From Scyliorhinus canicula (Eukaryota), in contig NC_052172.1 of the NCBI RefSeq assembly GCF_902713615.1, positions 11,698,185 to 11,762,184 on the forward strand: a stretch of 64,000 nt of DNA, read 5' to 3'. Each line of letters opens with the position of its first letter. Position 1 is the stretch's first letter. A program made the translations under genes and the position numbers. The notes under the pieces were generated by a model that did no database searches, was not told where the DNA came from, and worked only from the letters and a program-made list of their open reading frames with translations. Below, piece after piece: positions 29,132 through 42,270 of this stretch.

Positions 29132-31061
29132 TAGGATTAGAACCGTTTGGCTGCTCGCGTCTGTATTTGATATTTTACCAGTTTATACATTTAGTGACTG
29201 TCAGGTCGGAGGTTTCTCTGGAAACATCGTCCAGTGTCCCAAATATCTGGAAGCACTTCCTAGTTCAGGGAATGCAGTGACAACTGTGTCTGGTGCCCCG
29301 TGAGCCTGAGATTTCCTGGAGGGGGGAGAAGTAGGAGGTACTGTCCGCCTCGCACTTGCTCTTTCACCAAGCAGGATTGTCCCCAGGAGGGCAATCGCTC
29401 CATAATCCCAGTGGGAATCCCTTTGAGGGTGTTGCTGGTTTAGCTCACTGAGCTAAATCACTGGCTATTAAAGCAGACCAAGCAGGCCAGCAGCACGGTT
29501 CGATCCCGTACCAGCCTCCCCGAACAGGCGCCGGAATGTGGCGACTAGGGGCTTTTCACAGTAACTTCATTGAAGCCTACTCGTGACAATAAGCGATTTT
29601 CATTTTCATTTCTTCTGTAATCCCAGTGGGAATTCTCTGGGAGATTATTGCCCCATAATCCCAGTGGGAATCCTTTGAGCACCATAATCCCAGCTGGTGT
29701 ACTCTGTGCTGTTTTGCCCTGTCGACAGGCTTCACTGATATTGGGTGCTGATTGAGCAGAGGAAGAAACAGGCAGCTTCCATACCTCATTGTTGTGGCTT
29801 CTCAAACTCTGCACTTCGGTAAATTACAGCAGCTGTCCCCCCCCCCCCCCCCCCGGAGATATTTTATTGTAGATTATTAATGCAATGGTGGTCTCTCCTC
29901 TCCAATTGGGAGTTGACTGTTGTGGGATTAGGGCTATTTTGGGAGGCTGGAGGTGATATCTTTTCATTGTAGTAATTGCGCTCTTCCACAGGGTGGCACT
30001 TGCGAGCTGTTAGCCATACCTTGGGGGTTTTGTTCCAGCTCTTTTCAACAGCGTTAAAGAGACAGAAGTAAGAACTAGCTGCCTGTTGGCTTTTTGCAGG
30101 GACCCACCCGGATGTACCCAAGTCCAGGGAACTTGGGACATAGGCTGGAAGAGAAAAGAGTCAAGTCTGCCATTTGTCTGCCAAGGTACTAATGGAGTGT
30201 AACCAGCTCAATCCTGTGTGCAGGAACCTGTTGTATCCTGAACGAGTAACCCCACAGCTTGCCTCTTATTCTGAGTCTGTCATCCATGGATCCAGACTCC
30301 CTCTCCCCCAGACCCCCACTCTCCCCCCCCTCCTACGATCCCCCAGCTCACCCCCCCTGATTCCCCCATCTCTTCCCAACACCTTCCTCCCTCTAACCAA
30401 CTCGCCCATCTCCCTGACCCCCCCCCCCCCATTCCATAAGAACTAGGAGCAGAATTAGGCCATTCGGCCTATCGGCTCTGCTCCGCCATTGGTTCATCCC
30501 CATTCTTCTGCCTTCTCCCCATAACCCCTGATCCCCTTATTAATCAAGAACCTATCTATCTGTCTTAAAGACATTCAGTGATTTAGCCACCGCCTTCCGC
30601 GGCAGAGTTCCACAGATTCACACCCTCTGCCTGAAGAAATTCCTCCTCATCTCTGTTTTAAAGGATCGTCCCTTTAAATGAAATGAAATGAAAATCGCTT
30701 ATTGTCACGAGTAGGCTTCAATGAAGTTACTGTGAAAAAACCCTAGTCGCCACATTCCGGCGCCTGTCCGGGGAGGCTGGTATGGGAATTTAGTCTGAGA
30801 TTGTGCCCTCTGCTTCTAGCTTTTCCAACAAATGGGAACATCCTCTCCACGTCCACTCTATCCGGGCCTCGCAGTATCTTGTACGTTTCAATAAAAACCC
30901 CCCTCATCCTTCTAAACTCCCCCTTCCCGATTACCCTCACCAGCTCACCCACCCACCTCCCTCCCTTCCCCGACTCCTCCCTGCCATCAACACCACCCTC
31001 CCCCGACTCCTCTCCCTTTCCTGCCCCCTCGACCCAACACCCCTCTCTCCCCATCCAGTCC

Positions 31062-31978
31062 TGTAGCCACCTGGGGTGGCCACTGCCCAACACAAAATGG
31101 AAGATTACAAAGAATGCAGGGAAAATGGACATGTTGCAAAAGCAAGCAGCTTGCAAAAGCACTTGTGTATTCTGACTGCTGCAGAAACCAGGCAGCACTG
31201 TGAAAGAAAACAAGTTAGCATACTAATGAGGCGATACAGGGCGATTCCCAGGTACAATGGAAACAAGTTAACTCAAATCGCTACAGTGAATAGAAGGCCA
31301 GACTTCTCGGCGCCAAGAAAGTCCAAAACAATAAGCCCCAAGAGCCGCCCAGTGATCGAGGGACTGCCCTGTTATTGGGGAAATTCAAATCAATCGATTG
31401 GGAAGAGACCCAATCGATTGCGAGTGTATTGAGGGTTCGCCCAGGTGGGCACGAGACCCTGGGAGACGCATAAGACAGAGACCCAGACCCCAGCTCTCTC
31501 TCTCAGCCAGCCTCTCCTTGACCAGCTCTCTCAGCCGGCCCCCCCAACAAGAACACCTTTGTAGCAGCTCTCGAACTTGACCACGGAGAGGAGAGGCTTG
31601 GTCAGCAGCCACCACCAAGTAAGTGTCGCACAACGCACGCTACGAGAGTAGACACTCCTGACCCCTTTAGTCCACACCGACTGGAAGCCTGCGGATCCAG
31701 GACAAAGCTAGAGGCCGTTGTTCCCTGATCCGGCAGTTCCCTTATTCCAGATAAGTATTGGCCTGTTAGTGGTAGGATTAGCCTAGTCTTGTAGTTTTAT
31801 ATGCATAATTAGTAGATAACTGTATTATAATAACCGTGTCTTGTTTGAACTTATTAACTGGTGTATGGAGTTATTGGTCTGAACTTGAACTTGAAACTTG
31901 TGGTGGTATCTTAACGATACCTGGCGACTCTAGAGCTAAGGAACGAAACAGAGCCAAATTGACCCAGAACCAGCAACA
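31062..31978 (+). mobile_element. LTR (solo-like), TGTAGCCACCTGGGGTGGCC...CAGCAACA
   Basis: TG...CA termini and homology to the 32800-39207 element at both ends (e.g. GTGGTGGTATC...GATACCTGG.GACTCTAGAG). No matching TSD found. Confidence 0.7.
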
Positions 31979-32799
31979 TTTAATTAAGAATTTTCTAAGT
32001 TTCAATGATTTTTCAAAACTCTAGAGAGTTTTCTCCTCAATGCCACCATACCAGGAATTAGTCTGGTGAACCTCTTTTGCAATTCTTCTCTGGCAAGTAT
32101 ATCCTTCCTCAGGTGACGGTACCAAAACTGTGGAGAGAGGGAAAATGTCAGGAGCTGGAGGGCGGCACAATTCACGTTAGCCCCTTACAGGCAGAAACGG
32201 GGGAATTCATAACAGGGAACAAAGAAATGGCTGAGGAACTAAATCTGCTTCTCTCTTCACAAAGGAATAATGTACCACAAGTTCTGAGTAACTCAAGTTT
32301 TAGTGAGAAGCTGAAGGAAATTAGTATTTGTAGGAAAATGGTTTGGGGGTAATTAATGGGATTGAAGGTGGATAAATCTCTTGGGCCGGATAATCTTCAT
32401 TCCAGAGTTTTTAGGTGAGCGGCCCTCGAAATAGAGACCCATTGGTGGCTATTTTCCTAAATTCTTTGGACTCAGGGTAGCTAATATAACCTCGCTGTTC
32501 AAAAAGGGAGGTAGAAAAAACAGGGATCTATTGAGCAGTGAGCCTAACGTCGGTAATAAGGAAGTTGCTGGAGTCCATTATCAAGGATTTCATAGCACAA
32601 AATTTGGAAAGCAGTGGTGTGATCAAACAAAGTCAGCATAGATTTACAAAAGGGAAATCACGCCTGACAAATTACTAGAACTCTTTGAAGATGGAACTAG
32701 TAGAGTTGATCCGGGAGAACTGGTGGATGTGGTTTATTTAGACAGAAGTTTTCCAACCAGGTCTCACATAACAGATTACTGTGTAAAGCTGAAGCCCGA

Positions 32800-35700
32800 T
32801 GTTGCTAAGTGTTACTTTTACTTAATTGCTGTTTTATTAACCTTTGCTCTAGAGTCACCAGGTATCTTTCTGATACCACCACGAGGTTCAAAGCCAAGTG
32901 ATCAATAACTCAATACACCAGTTAGTAGGCTTCAAATCAATACACATTTATTATACACACAGTCAATCACTATTCATGCATAAAACTCTTACTAAACTAT
33001 CACGACTACTAAAGGCCTATACTTAGCTTTCGAATGGCCCACCAGGTCAGAGGAACAATGGCCTTTGTCCGGTTCTGAATCTGCTGGCTTCAAGCTGGTA
33101 TGGAATAGTAGCTAGGAGCATCTATCTCGTAGCGTGCGTTGACTGGAGACATACTTGGTTGGTGCAGCTGGTGGGCAGGTCTCTCCTTGCTGGGAGTCAC
33201 GGTCAAAAGTTCTTTGAGAGCTGCCGAGAGCGAATTGAACTTGGGGACTCTACTTTATAGTCCCCAGGGGTTTCGCGCCCTTATGGGCGGACCCGGACTT
33301 GGTCCCAATTAATTGGACCATGTCCCAATCGTTCTAATCGATTTCTCCAATACCGAAGGTGGTCCCTGATCGTTGGGCGGGCCCTATGTATCCGTTGGCC
33401 TGCCTTTGTCCTGGCTCCCGCTGGCACCGGGGAGTCTGGTTTGGTCCAGATTGATTCAATGTTTCTAATTGTTCCTGGGGATCGCTCATTAGTATGTAGA
33501 TGGCTATTGGTTTCGGTTCTGTCTGGGTTCTGCAAATCTTTTTTAAAAAATAATTTTATTCAAATTTTTCAACAACAAATTTTCTTCCAAGGTGTAGAAA
33601 TAAACAGAAAGAGAAATCCCCCCCAATACAAAACAATGGATTAATAACTTAACAATACAATAAAGAAGAAAATAGCAAACACACCGTCGCAAAAACAAAC
33701 CCTCCTTAACGGACCCCGAACCCCCCCCCCCCCAGGGTTGCTGCTGAGATTGACCACCCTCTAACCCTCCACCAGAAGATTGAGAAAAGGCTGCCACCGC
33801 CGGAAGAACCCTTGTACCGACCCCCTCAGGGCAAACTTAACCTTCTCCAGCCTGATGAACCCAGCCATGTCATTAATCCAGGCCTCCAGGCTCAGGGGCT
33901 TCGTGTCCCTCCACTGTAAGAGAATCCTACCCCGGGCTACTAGAGACGCAAAGGTCTCTCTCGCCTCCTGCACTCCCGGCTCCGATGCTACCCCAAAGAT
34001 CGCGAGCCCCCAGCCTGGCTCCACCTTGGAACCGACCACCTTGGACAAAGTCCCCACCACCCCCATCCAAAACCCCTCCAACGCCGGGCACGCCCAGAAA
34101 ATGTGGGTGTGGTTCGCCAGGCCTCCCGAACACCTCCCACACCTGTCCTCTCCCCCAAAGAACCGGCTCATCCTGGCCCCAGTCATGTGCGCCCTATGCA
34201 GCACCTTCAGCTGAATTAAGCTGAGCCGTGCGCAAGAAGAGGACGGGTTCACCCTCCCCAGGGCGTCCGCCCACGTCCCAGTGCCGATCCCTTCCCCTAG
34301 CTCCTCCTCCCACTTCGCTTTCAGCTTGTCCACCGAGGCGTCCTCTTCCTGCATCACCTGATAAATTGCCGAGATCCTACCCTCACCGACCCACGACCCC
34401 AAGAGCACCCTATCCTGCACCCACCTTCCGCAATAGCGGAAACTCCGCCACCTGCCGCTTAACAAACGCCCTAATCTGCATGTACCTGAAAGCATTCCCA
34501 GGGGAGAGACCCCACCTCCCCTCCAACTCCTCTAAAGTCGCAAACTTCCCATCGAGGAAAAGGTCCCCCATCCGCCTGATGCCTGCCCTATGCCAACTCA
34601 AAAAACCACCATCTATTTTCCCTGGTGCAAACCGGTGATTGCCCCTTATCAGGGCCCGCACTGAGGCCTTCACTTCCCCCCTATGCCGCCTCCACTACGC
34701 CCCCAAATTTGGAGGGACGCCACCACTAACGGACTCGTAGAGTACCTTGCCGGTGGGAGCGGGGCCGTCACCAATGCCTCCAAACTCGTACCCACACAGG
34801 ACGCCACCTCCAACCTCTTCCATGCGGCACCCTCCCCCTCCATCACCCACCTACGAATCATTGCCACGTTCACAGCCCAGTAATACCCACACAAGTTGGG
34901 CAACGCCAAGCCACCTACCTCCCTTCCTCGCTCCAGGAATACCCTCCTCACTCTCGGGGTCTTCCGCACCCACACGAACCCCAGAATGCTCTTATTCACC
35001 CTCTTTAAAAAAGCCTTCGGAATCAATATGGGGAGGCACTGGAAAAGAAACAAAAACCTCGGGAGCACAGTCTTCTTAACTGACTGGACCCTACCCGCCA
35101 AAGAAAGTGGCAGCGCGTCCCACCTCCTGAACTCCTCCTCCATCTGTTCCACCAGCCTCGAAAAGTTTAGCCTATGCAAGGCCCCCCCAGCTATCTGGAC
35201 CCCAAGATATCTAAAGCTCCTCTCCGCCCTTTTCAACAGGAGTTCTCCTATCTCCCTCTCCTGGTCCCCCAGGTGCAGCACAAACAGCTCACTCTTCCCC
35301 ACTGAGCTTGTAGCCCGAAAAATCCCCAAACTCCCCAAGTATCTTCAACACCTCTGGCATCCCCCCCCCCCCCCCCCGGATCCGCGATGTACAACAGTAA
35401 ATCATCTGCGTACAACGACAACCGGTACTCCCCCCCCCCCCCCCCCCCGCACAATCCCCCTCCTCGAATCCCTCAGCGCCATGGCCAAGGGCTCAATTGC
35501 TAACGCGAAGAGCAGGGGAGACAAGGGTCACCCCTGCCTCGTCCCCCGGGAAAGCCGAAAGTCCTCCTTCTTCCTACCATTTGTCACCACACTCGCTACC
35601 GGGGAGCTATACAGCAACCTCACCCAGCTAATGAATCCCTCACCAAACCCAAACCTCCTCAGCACTTCCCACAGGTAGCTCCATTCCACCCTGTCAAAGG

Positions 35701-38700
35701 CCTTCTCCGCATCCATCGATACTACTATTTCCACCTCCCCATCCGCCGATGCCATCATCATAACATTAAGAAGCCGGCGTACATTGACATTCAGCTGCCA
35801 AACCCCGTTTGGTCCTCATGGATAACCATCGGGACCACATCTTCCACCCTCCTGGACAGTATCTTAGCCAACAACTTTGCGTCCACGTTGAGGAGCGAAA
35901 TCGGCCTGTAGGACCCACACTGGAGGGGGTCCTTATCCCGCTTCAGGATCAGTGAGATTATTGCTCGAGACATCGCCGGGGGCAGAGCCCCCCCCCCCTC
36001 CCTCGCCTCATTCAGGGTCCTCACTAGCAGCGGGCCCAGCAGATCTGAAAACTTCTTATAGAACTCCACCGGGAACCCGTCAGGTCCCGGTGCTTTCCCC
36101 GTCTGCATGCTCCCCAGCGCCTCCATCAGCTCCTCCAACTCGATTGGGGCCCCCAGACCCTCCACCCGCTCATCCTCTACTCTTGGGAACTCCAGCTTAT
36201 CCAAAAAGCGGTCCATCCCGCCCACCTCCCTAGGGGACACCGCCCGGTACAGCCCCTCGTAAAAGGATCTGAACACCCCATTAATGTCCCTGCCACTCCG
36301 CACCAAGTTCTCTCCTGCGTCTGTGACTCCCCCCATCTCTCTCGCTGCCTCCCGCCTCCGGAGCTGGTGGGCCAGCATCCGACTTGCCTTCTCCCCGTAC
36401 TCATATACCGCCCCCTGCGCCCTCCTCCACTGCGCCGCCACCTTCCGGGTGGTCAGTATATCGAACTCCGCTTGGAGGCTGCAACGCTTCCTCAGAAGCC
36501 CCTCCATTTCTTCCACCAACCTCTCCCTCTCAACCCTCTCCGTGCGCCCGAATAGATATCAGCTCCCCTCTAACCACCGCCTTCAGCGCTTCCCAAACCA
36601 CCCCAACTTGCACCTCCCCGTTATCGTTGGCTTCCAAATACCCCTCTATGCCCCTGCGGACCCGCCCGCATACTTCCTCCTCTGCCAGAAGCCCCACATC
36701 TAACCTCCACAGCGGGCGCTGACCCTTCCCCTCCCCCAGCTCCAGCGAATGCGGAGCATGGTCAGATATGACTATCGCTGAATACTCCGCCCCCACCACT
36801 CTCGGGATTAGCGCCCTGCTGAGAACAAAAAAGTCAATCCGGGAATAAGCCTTGTGGACATGGGAGAAAAAGGAGAACTCCCTGCCTCCCGGCCTCAAAA
36901 ACCTCCAAGGGTCTACCCCTCCCATCTGATCCATGAACCCACTCAACACCGAGGCCGTCGCCGGCCTCTTGCCCGTCCTAGACTTCGAACGATCCAGCGC
37001 TGGACCCAACACAGTATTAAAGTCCCCTCCCAAGATCAAGCCCCCCCCCCCCGTCTTCAGGTCCAGGATCCGGCTCAACATTCGCCGCATGAAGCCCGCA
37101 TCATCCCAGTTGGGGACGTACACGTTAACCAGAACCACCCGCTCCCCTTGAAGTCTACTACTCACCATTACGTACCTACTTGCACTGTCCGCACCACACT
37201 CGACGCAACAAACGACAAGCTCTTGCAAACTAAGATCGCCACCCCTCGATTCTTCGCATCTAGTCCCGAGTGAAACACCTGCCCCACCCAGCCTCACCTG
37301 ATCTGCCACCTTAAGGTGCGTCTCCTGGAGCATAGCCACGTCCGCTCCCAGCCCCTTCAGGTGCGCCAAGACCCGGGACCACTTCACCGGTCCATTCAGC
37401 CCCCTCACATTCCATGTGACCAGCCGAATCTGGGGGGTCTTTTCCATGTGACCAGCCGAATCTGGGGGAGGGGTCTTCCCCCTCCCTCTGCGCAGATCAG
37501 CCATAGCTCTCCCTCGGCTCACCATGTGGCCGCAGAACCCCCCAGGCCCGTTCCCCACGGTGGCAGATCCCCACCTCAACCCCTCCTTTCATCAGCAGTT
37601 CCCCTGCAGCAGCAACCCAGTACTCCCTGCCTACTCCCCCCCCCCCCCCCCCCCCAACCTAGGGCCCCCCCTAGCTGCGTAACCCCTTCCATTGCACTTC
37701 CGTAAGTCAGCCGACTCCTGCTGACCCCGGCTGCTCCCGCCATCCCAACGACCCCCCGATGCGACATAACCACCATTCCCCCCTCCCTGTGCTGGCCCCG
37801 CCCACTACTCCTCCAGCGCAGGAAGAAAACCCGCGCTTCCATCCCAAACCCCCCCCCCCTCCCCCCGACCCAACACGCGGGCACATGACCCAGCTGGACC
37901 GCGAGCAGCTCCCCAGCCCTCCACCAGTGAAAATACGAAAAAGCACCCCAATAAATAAATAACAGCCCCAAAAAGCGAAAAGGCAGAACAGCAAAAAGGC
38001 AACATCAAACACAGCCAATAAAATGAAAGGATACCAAGGAGGACAGAGCCTCCGGACTATATACATCATTCTCCTCCCCCCCCCCCCCCCCCCCCCAAAG
38101 TCCTCAGTTCGAGTCCAACTTCTCTGCCTGGACAAAGGCCCAGGCCTCCTCCGGAGAATCAAAGTAGAGCTAGCGGTCCTTGTAAGTGACCCAGAGGCGA
38201 GCCGGCTGTATCAGGCCAAATTTGACCCCTTCCTGTGAAGCACTCCCTTCGCCCGACTGAAACCAGCCCTTCTCTTCACCACCTCCGCGCTCCAGTCCTC
38301 GTAGGTCCTGATCTCTGCGTTCTCCCACTTGCTGCTCCTTTCCTTCTTCGCCCATCTCAGCACGCACTCACGGTCAACGAAGCGGTGAAACCGGACCAGC
38401 AGCGCCCTAGGTGGCTCCTTTGGCCAGGGCTTCCTCAACAGCACCCGATGGGCACCCTCCAGCTCCAAGGGTCCTTGGAACGACCCCGCGCCCATTAACG
38501 AGTTCAGCATCACAACCACGTAGGCCCCCAAATCCGAACCTTCCAGCCCCTCCGGGAGGCCCAGAATCCGCAGGTTCTTCCGATGGGATCGGTTCTCCAT
38601 CTCCTCCATCCTTGCCAGCCATTTCTTGTGAAGCGCCTAGTGCGATTCCACCTTCACTGCCAGGCCCAGGAGTTCGTCCTCGCTCTCCGAGGCCTTTTGC

Positions 38701-39207
38701 CATAGCTCTCGGATCTCCGCACCCAGAGCCGTCGGAGTCACCATAAGCTTGTCCAATGAGGCCTTACAACGGTTCCAGGATCTGTCTTCAGCTCTCTGAA
38801 GCAGCAATGGAGCAGCTCCTGCGCCCATTGCTGCCGGTTCCCCGCCCACTGCCATCTTGCTTTTCCTGCCTCGCACCTTTCTCTGCTCCAAAGCCGATTT
38901 TTTGACCGCTCCGCTCCTGGTCCAGTCCATCCACCGGCAGATAAGCACAGTGGATGTGTTCCCACCCGGGGAAAAGTCCAACCAGCACCGCTGCGGGCCC
39001 TTAAAAGAGCCCAAAAGACCAAAAATAGCGGGAGCTACCGAACGTGCGGCTTAGCTCCGCATCACCGCAATCGGAAGTCGGGTTCTGCAAATCTTAATAC
39101 ACAGGAAACCTTGCACCTGCTTGTTTTCCTGTGGCTGGCCAATTTTCCCTGTATTCTTTGCGGGCATCCATTTAGGGATCGGGAAGTGGCCACCCCAGGT
39201 GGCTACA
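32800..39207 (-). mobile_element. Solo LTR (TG...CA, 4-bp TSD CCGA) split by an L1 insertion
   Basis: ccga|TGTTGC... (32800) and ...GGCTACA|ccga (39207). LTR halves are 32800-33540 and 39080-39207. Confidence 0.82.
33541..39079 (-). mobile_element. Full-length L1-clade LINE (ORF1 plus EN-RT ORF2, frameshifted)
   Basis: 16-bp TSD GGGTTCTGCAAATCTT (33525-33540, 39080-39095) at a TT/AAGA target. ORF1 ENRSHRKNLRILGLPEG. ORF2 VTWNVRGLN, GGDFN, SDH, YRPISLLNVD, DAEKAFD, RQG, LYADD. AATAAA and A-rich tail at ~33541-33560. Confidence 0.93.
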
Positions 39208-40693
39208 CCGAGATGGATAGAAACCAAAAATAAAATGCTGGAAAATCTCAGCAGGTCTGGCAGCATCTGTAGGAAGAGAAAAGAGCAAACATCGAGTCCA
39301 GCTGACCCTTTGAGATGGATAGAAAGCTGGTTTGCAGACAGGAAGCAAAAGTCGAAATGGGTCTTTTTCCGACTGGCAGTGACCCGTGGGGTACCACAGG
39401 GATCTGTGTTTGGACCTCAACTGTTCACATTGCGTATTACTACAGGTGCAGGGATGTCTTGGTGAGGCCACGCCTGGAATATTGTGTGCGGTTTTGGTCT
39501 CCTTATCTGAGGATCCTTATCAGAAGATACAAAGTTGAGTGGGAGGATGAGCTGTGAGTGGGATGCAGAGATGCTTCAGCAGGATTTGGACAGGCTGAGT
39601 GAGTGGGCATATACAGTTTTAAAAAAAAATAATTTAGAGTACCCAATTCATTTTTACCAATTAAGGGGCCAATTATTGCCAATCCACCTACCCTGCACAT
39701 CTTTGGATGCAAAGACACGGAGACTCCGCAAACACACGGAGAACGTGCAAACTCCACATGGACAGTGACCCAGAGCGGGGATCGAACCTGGGACCTCAGC
39801 AGCGTGAGGCAGCAATGCTAACCACTGCGCTGCCCTGAGTGGGCATATACATGGCGGATGCAGTAATAATAATCTTTTATTAGTGTCACAAGTAGGTTTA
39901 CATCAACACTGCAACGAAGTTACTGTGAAAAGCCCCTAGTCACCACACTCCAGCGCCTGTTCAGGTACACGGAGAGAGAATTCAGACTGTCCAATTCACG
40001 TAACAGCACGTCTTTGGGGACTTGTGGGAGGAAACCAGAGTGCCCAGATGAAACCCATGCAGAGACCTGGGAGAATGCGCAGACTCCGCTCAACGACCCA
40101 AGCCAGGAATCGAACCTAGGACCCTGGCACTGTGAAGCAACTGTGCTAACCACTGTGCTACCGTGTCGTGAGATAATATGGATAAATGGGAGGTTATCCA
40201 CTTCGGTAGCAAAAATAGGAAGGTAGATTATTTATATGGGTGCAAATTGAGAGGGAAAAATACTCAATAAGACCTTGGTGTCCTCGTGCATCAGTCACAA
40301 AGTAAGTGCACGGATATAGCAGGTAGTAAAGAAGTATGTTGGCCTTCATAGCGAGAAATTTGAGTTCAAGGATAGGCATCAACATTTCAGGTCACTGCTT
40401 CCTCTGGCTACTTCCAATGCATTTATCAAGTGGAATGGGAGGGAGGGACAAAACTGAACTAGTCTACCTCTGAGCACAGAGTTTGAGGATAGAAACTGCA
40501 TTGCAGAGATGCTGTAGAAAGCTCCCTATAGTTGTCTCAGGTGTAGAGCACTTGAACAGCCAGTGTGTCAGATCACCCTAATCCAGAATATGTTAAAATC
40601 TTAAATCAGCAAGCAAATCCCATCAACCTTTTCCAGTATAAATTCCATTGCAGCTCAAGAAATGAATTCATCTCCAAAATGTCCAGTTCAAAC

Positions 40694-40699
40694 TTTATT
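40694..40699 (-). terminator. Candidate poly(A) signal of the CIPC-like gene
   Basis: AATAAA on - in unique, non-TE AT-rich sequence ~3.3 kb after the stop codon. Confidence 0.45.
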
Positions 40700-41811
40700 T
40701 GTATTAACACAGTACAAAAGTTGATGACTGTTAATCATTCTCAGGTGTTTTTCGTCCAATGCCCCCTCCCCCCCAAAATAAAACAGTCCCACCTTTCCCA
40801 GTAAACTGAAAAATTAGCTTCTATGGAACAGGAACAAAGCTACCCCAAACATTTGTTTAAAAAAAATAAAAAAATTTAAGAGAACCCAATTATTTTTTTT
40901 CCAATTAAGGGGCAATTTAGTGTGGCCAATCCACCTACCCTGCACATCTTTGGGTTGTGGGGGCGAAACCCACGTAGACACGGGGAGAATGTGCAAACTC
41001 GACACGGACAGTGACCCACAGCCACATTCGAACCTGGGATCTCGGTGCCGTGAGGCAGCAGTGCTAACCACTGTCAAAATATTTGTTTGGTGTAAAAGGA
41101 GAAAGCAGAAGCAAAGGGTCCCCCTGCACAGGATCAAGCCGAGAATCTAAGGGATAGGAACGTATTAATTAGGAGAAGTTGGCAATTCAGCCCTTTGAAC
41201 CTGTGCTGCCATTCAATCAGATCATGGCTGATTGTTGTACTGGTAATATCACTGGACTAGAAATCCAAAATACCAGGGGCACGGGTTCAAATCCCACCAT
41301 AACAACTAGTGGAATTTAAATTCAATGAATAAAATCAGGAATTGAAAGCGAGTTTTGGTGATGGCGACCGTGACAACTATCGACTGTTGTAAAACCCCAT
41401 CAGGTTCACTAATGTCCTCCTTTAGGGAAGGAAATCTGCCATCCTTACCCGGTCTGGCCGACACGTGACCCCAGAGCTATGTGGGTGACTCTTAACTGCC
41501 CTCTGAAATGACCAAGCGAGACACTCCGTTCAAGGGCAATTAGGGATGGACAACAAATGCTGGGCCTTGCCAGCAAAGCCCACATCCAGAAAAGATTAAG
41601 TAAAAAAAAACATGAATATCTATTGAGATGGAATGCGCTCCCAATCCAAGTCCTCCTCATTCAGCCTCACTCCTACACTTGCTATAGGCCACCCTATATT
41701 GATTACATTTAAAATTTCCATCCTTGTGTTGAATCCACGGCCTGGCTCTTCCTTATCTCAAAATCCCTACAGTGCAGGAGGCAGCCATTTGGCCCATCAA
41801 TTCTGCCAAAG

Positions 41812-42270
41812 ACAGCACTGTGATGCAGTGGTTAGCACTGCTGCCTCACGGCGCCACGGTTCCAGGTTCGATCCCTGCTCCGGGTCACTGTCCGTGTGGA
41901 GTTTGCGCATTCTCCCAGTGTCTGCGTGGGTTTCGCCCCCACAACCCAAAAGATGTGCAGGGTAGGTGGGCTGGCCACGCTAAATTTTTTTATTTTTTTT
42001 ATTTTATAAATTTAGATTACCCAATAATTTTTTCCAATTAAGCGGCAATTTAGCGTGGCCAATCCACCTACTCTGCACATTTTAGGGTTGTGGGGGCGAA
42101 ACCCACGCAGACACGGGGAGAATGTGCAAACTCCACACGGACAGAATGTGCAAACTCCACACGGACAGTGACGGGATCGAACCTGGGACCTCAGCGCCGT
42201 GAGGCAGTTGTGCTAACCACTAGGCCACCGTGTTGCCCTCTGGCCACGCTAAATTGAGCCTTCATTGGAA
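41812..42270. mobile_element. SINE (+) containing an antisense SINE insertion (41987-42239) with a 16-bp TSD
   Basis: TSD CTGGCCACGCTAAATT at 41971-41986 and 42240-42255. Confidence 0.85.

Larger units (their letters stand above)
32180..40380 (+). mobile_element. Old CR1 fragment hosting nested insertions (CR1 pieces at ~32180-32795, 39315-39610, 40170-40380)
   Basis: RT motifs DVVYLD, GVPQGSVFGP and VRPRLEYCVRFWSP on either side of the nested elements. Confidence 0.7.
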
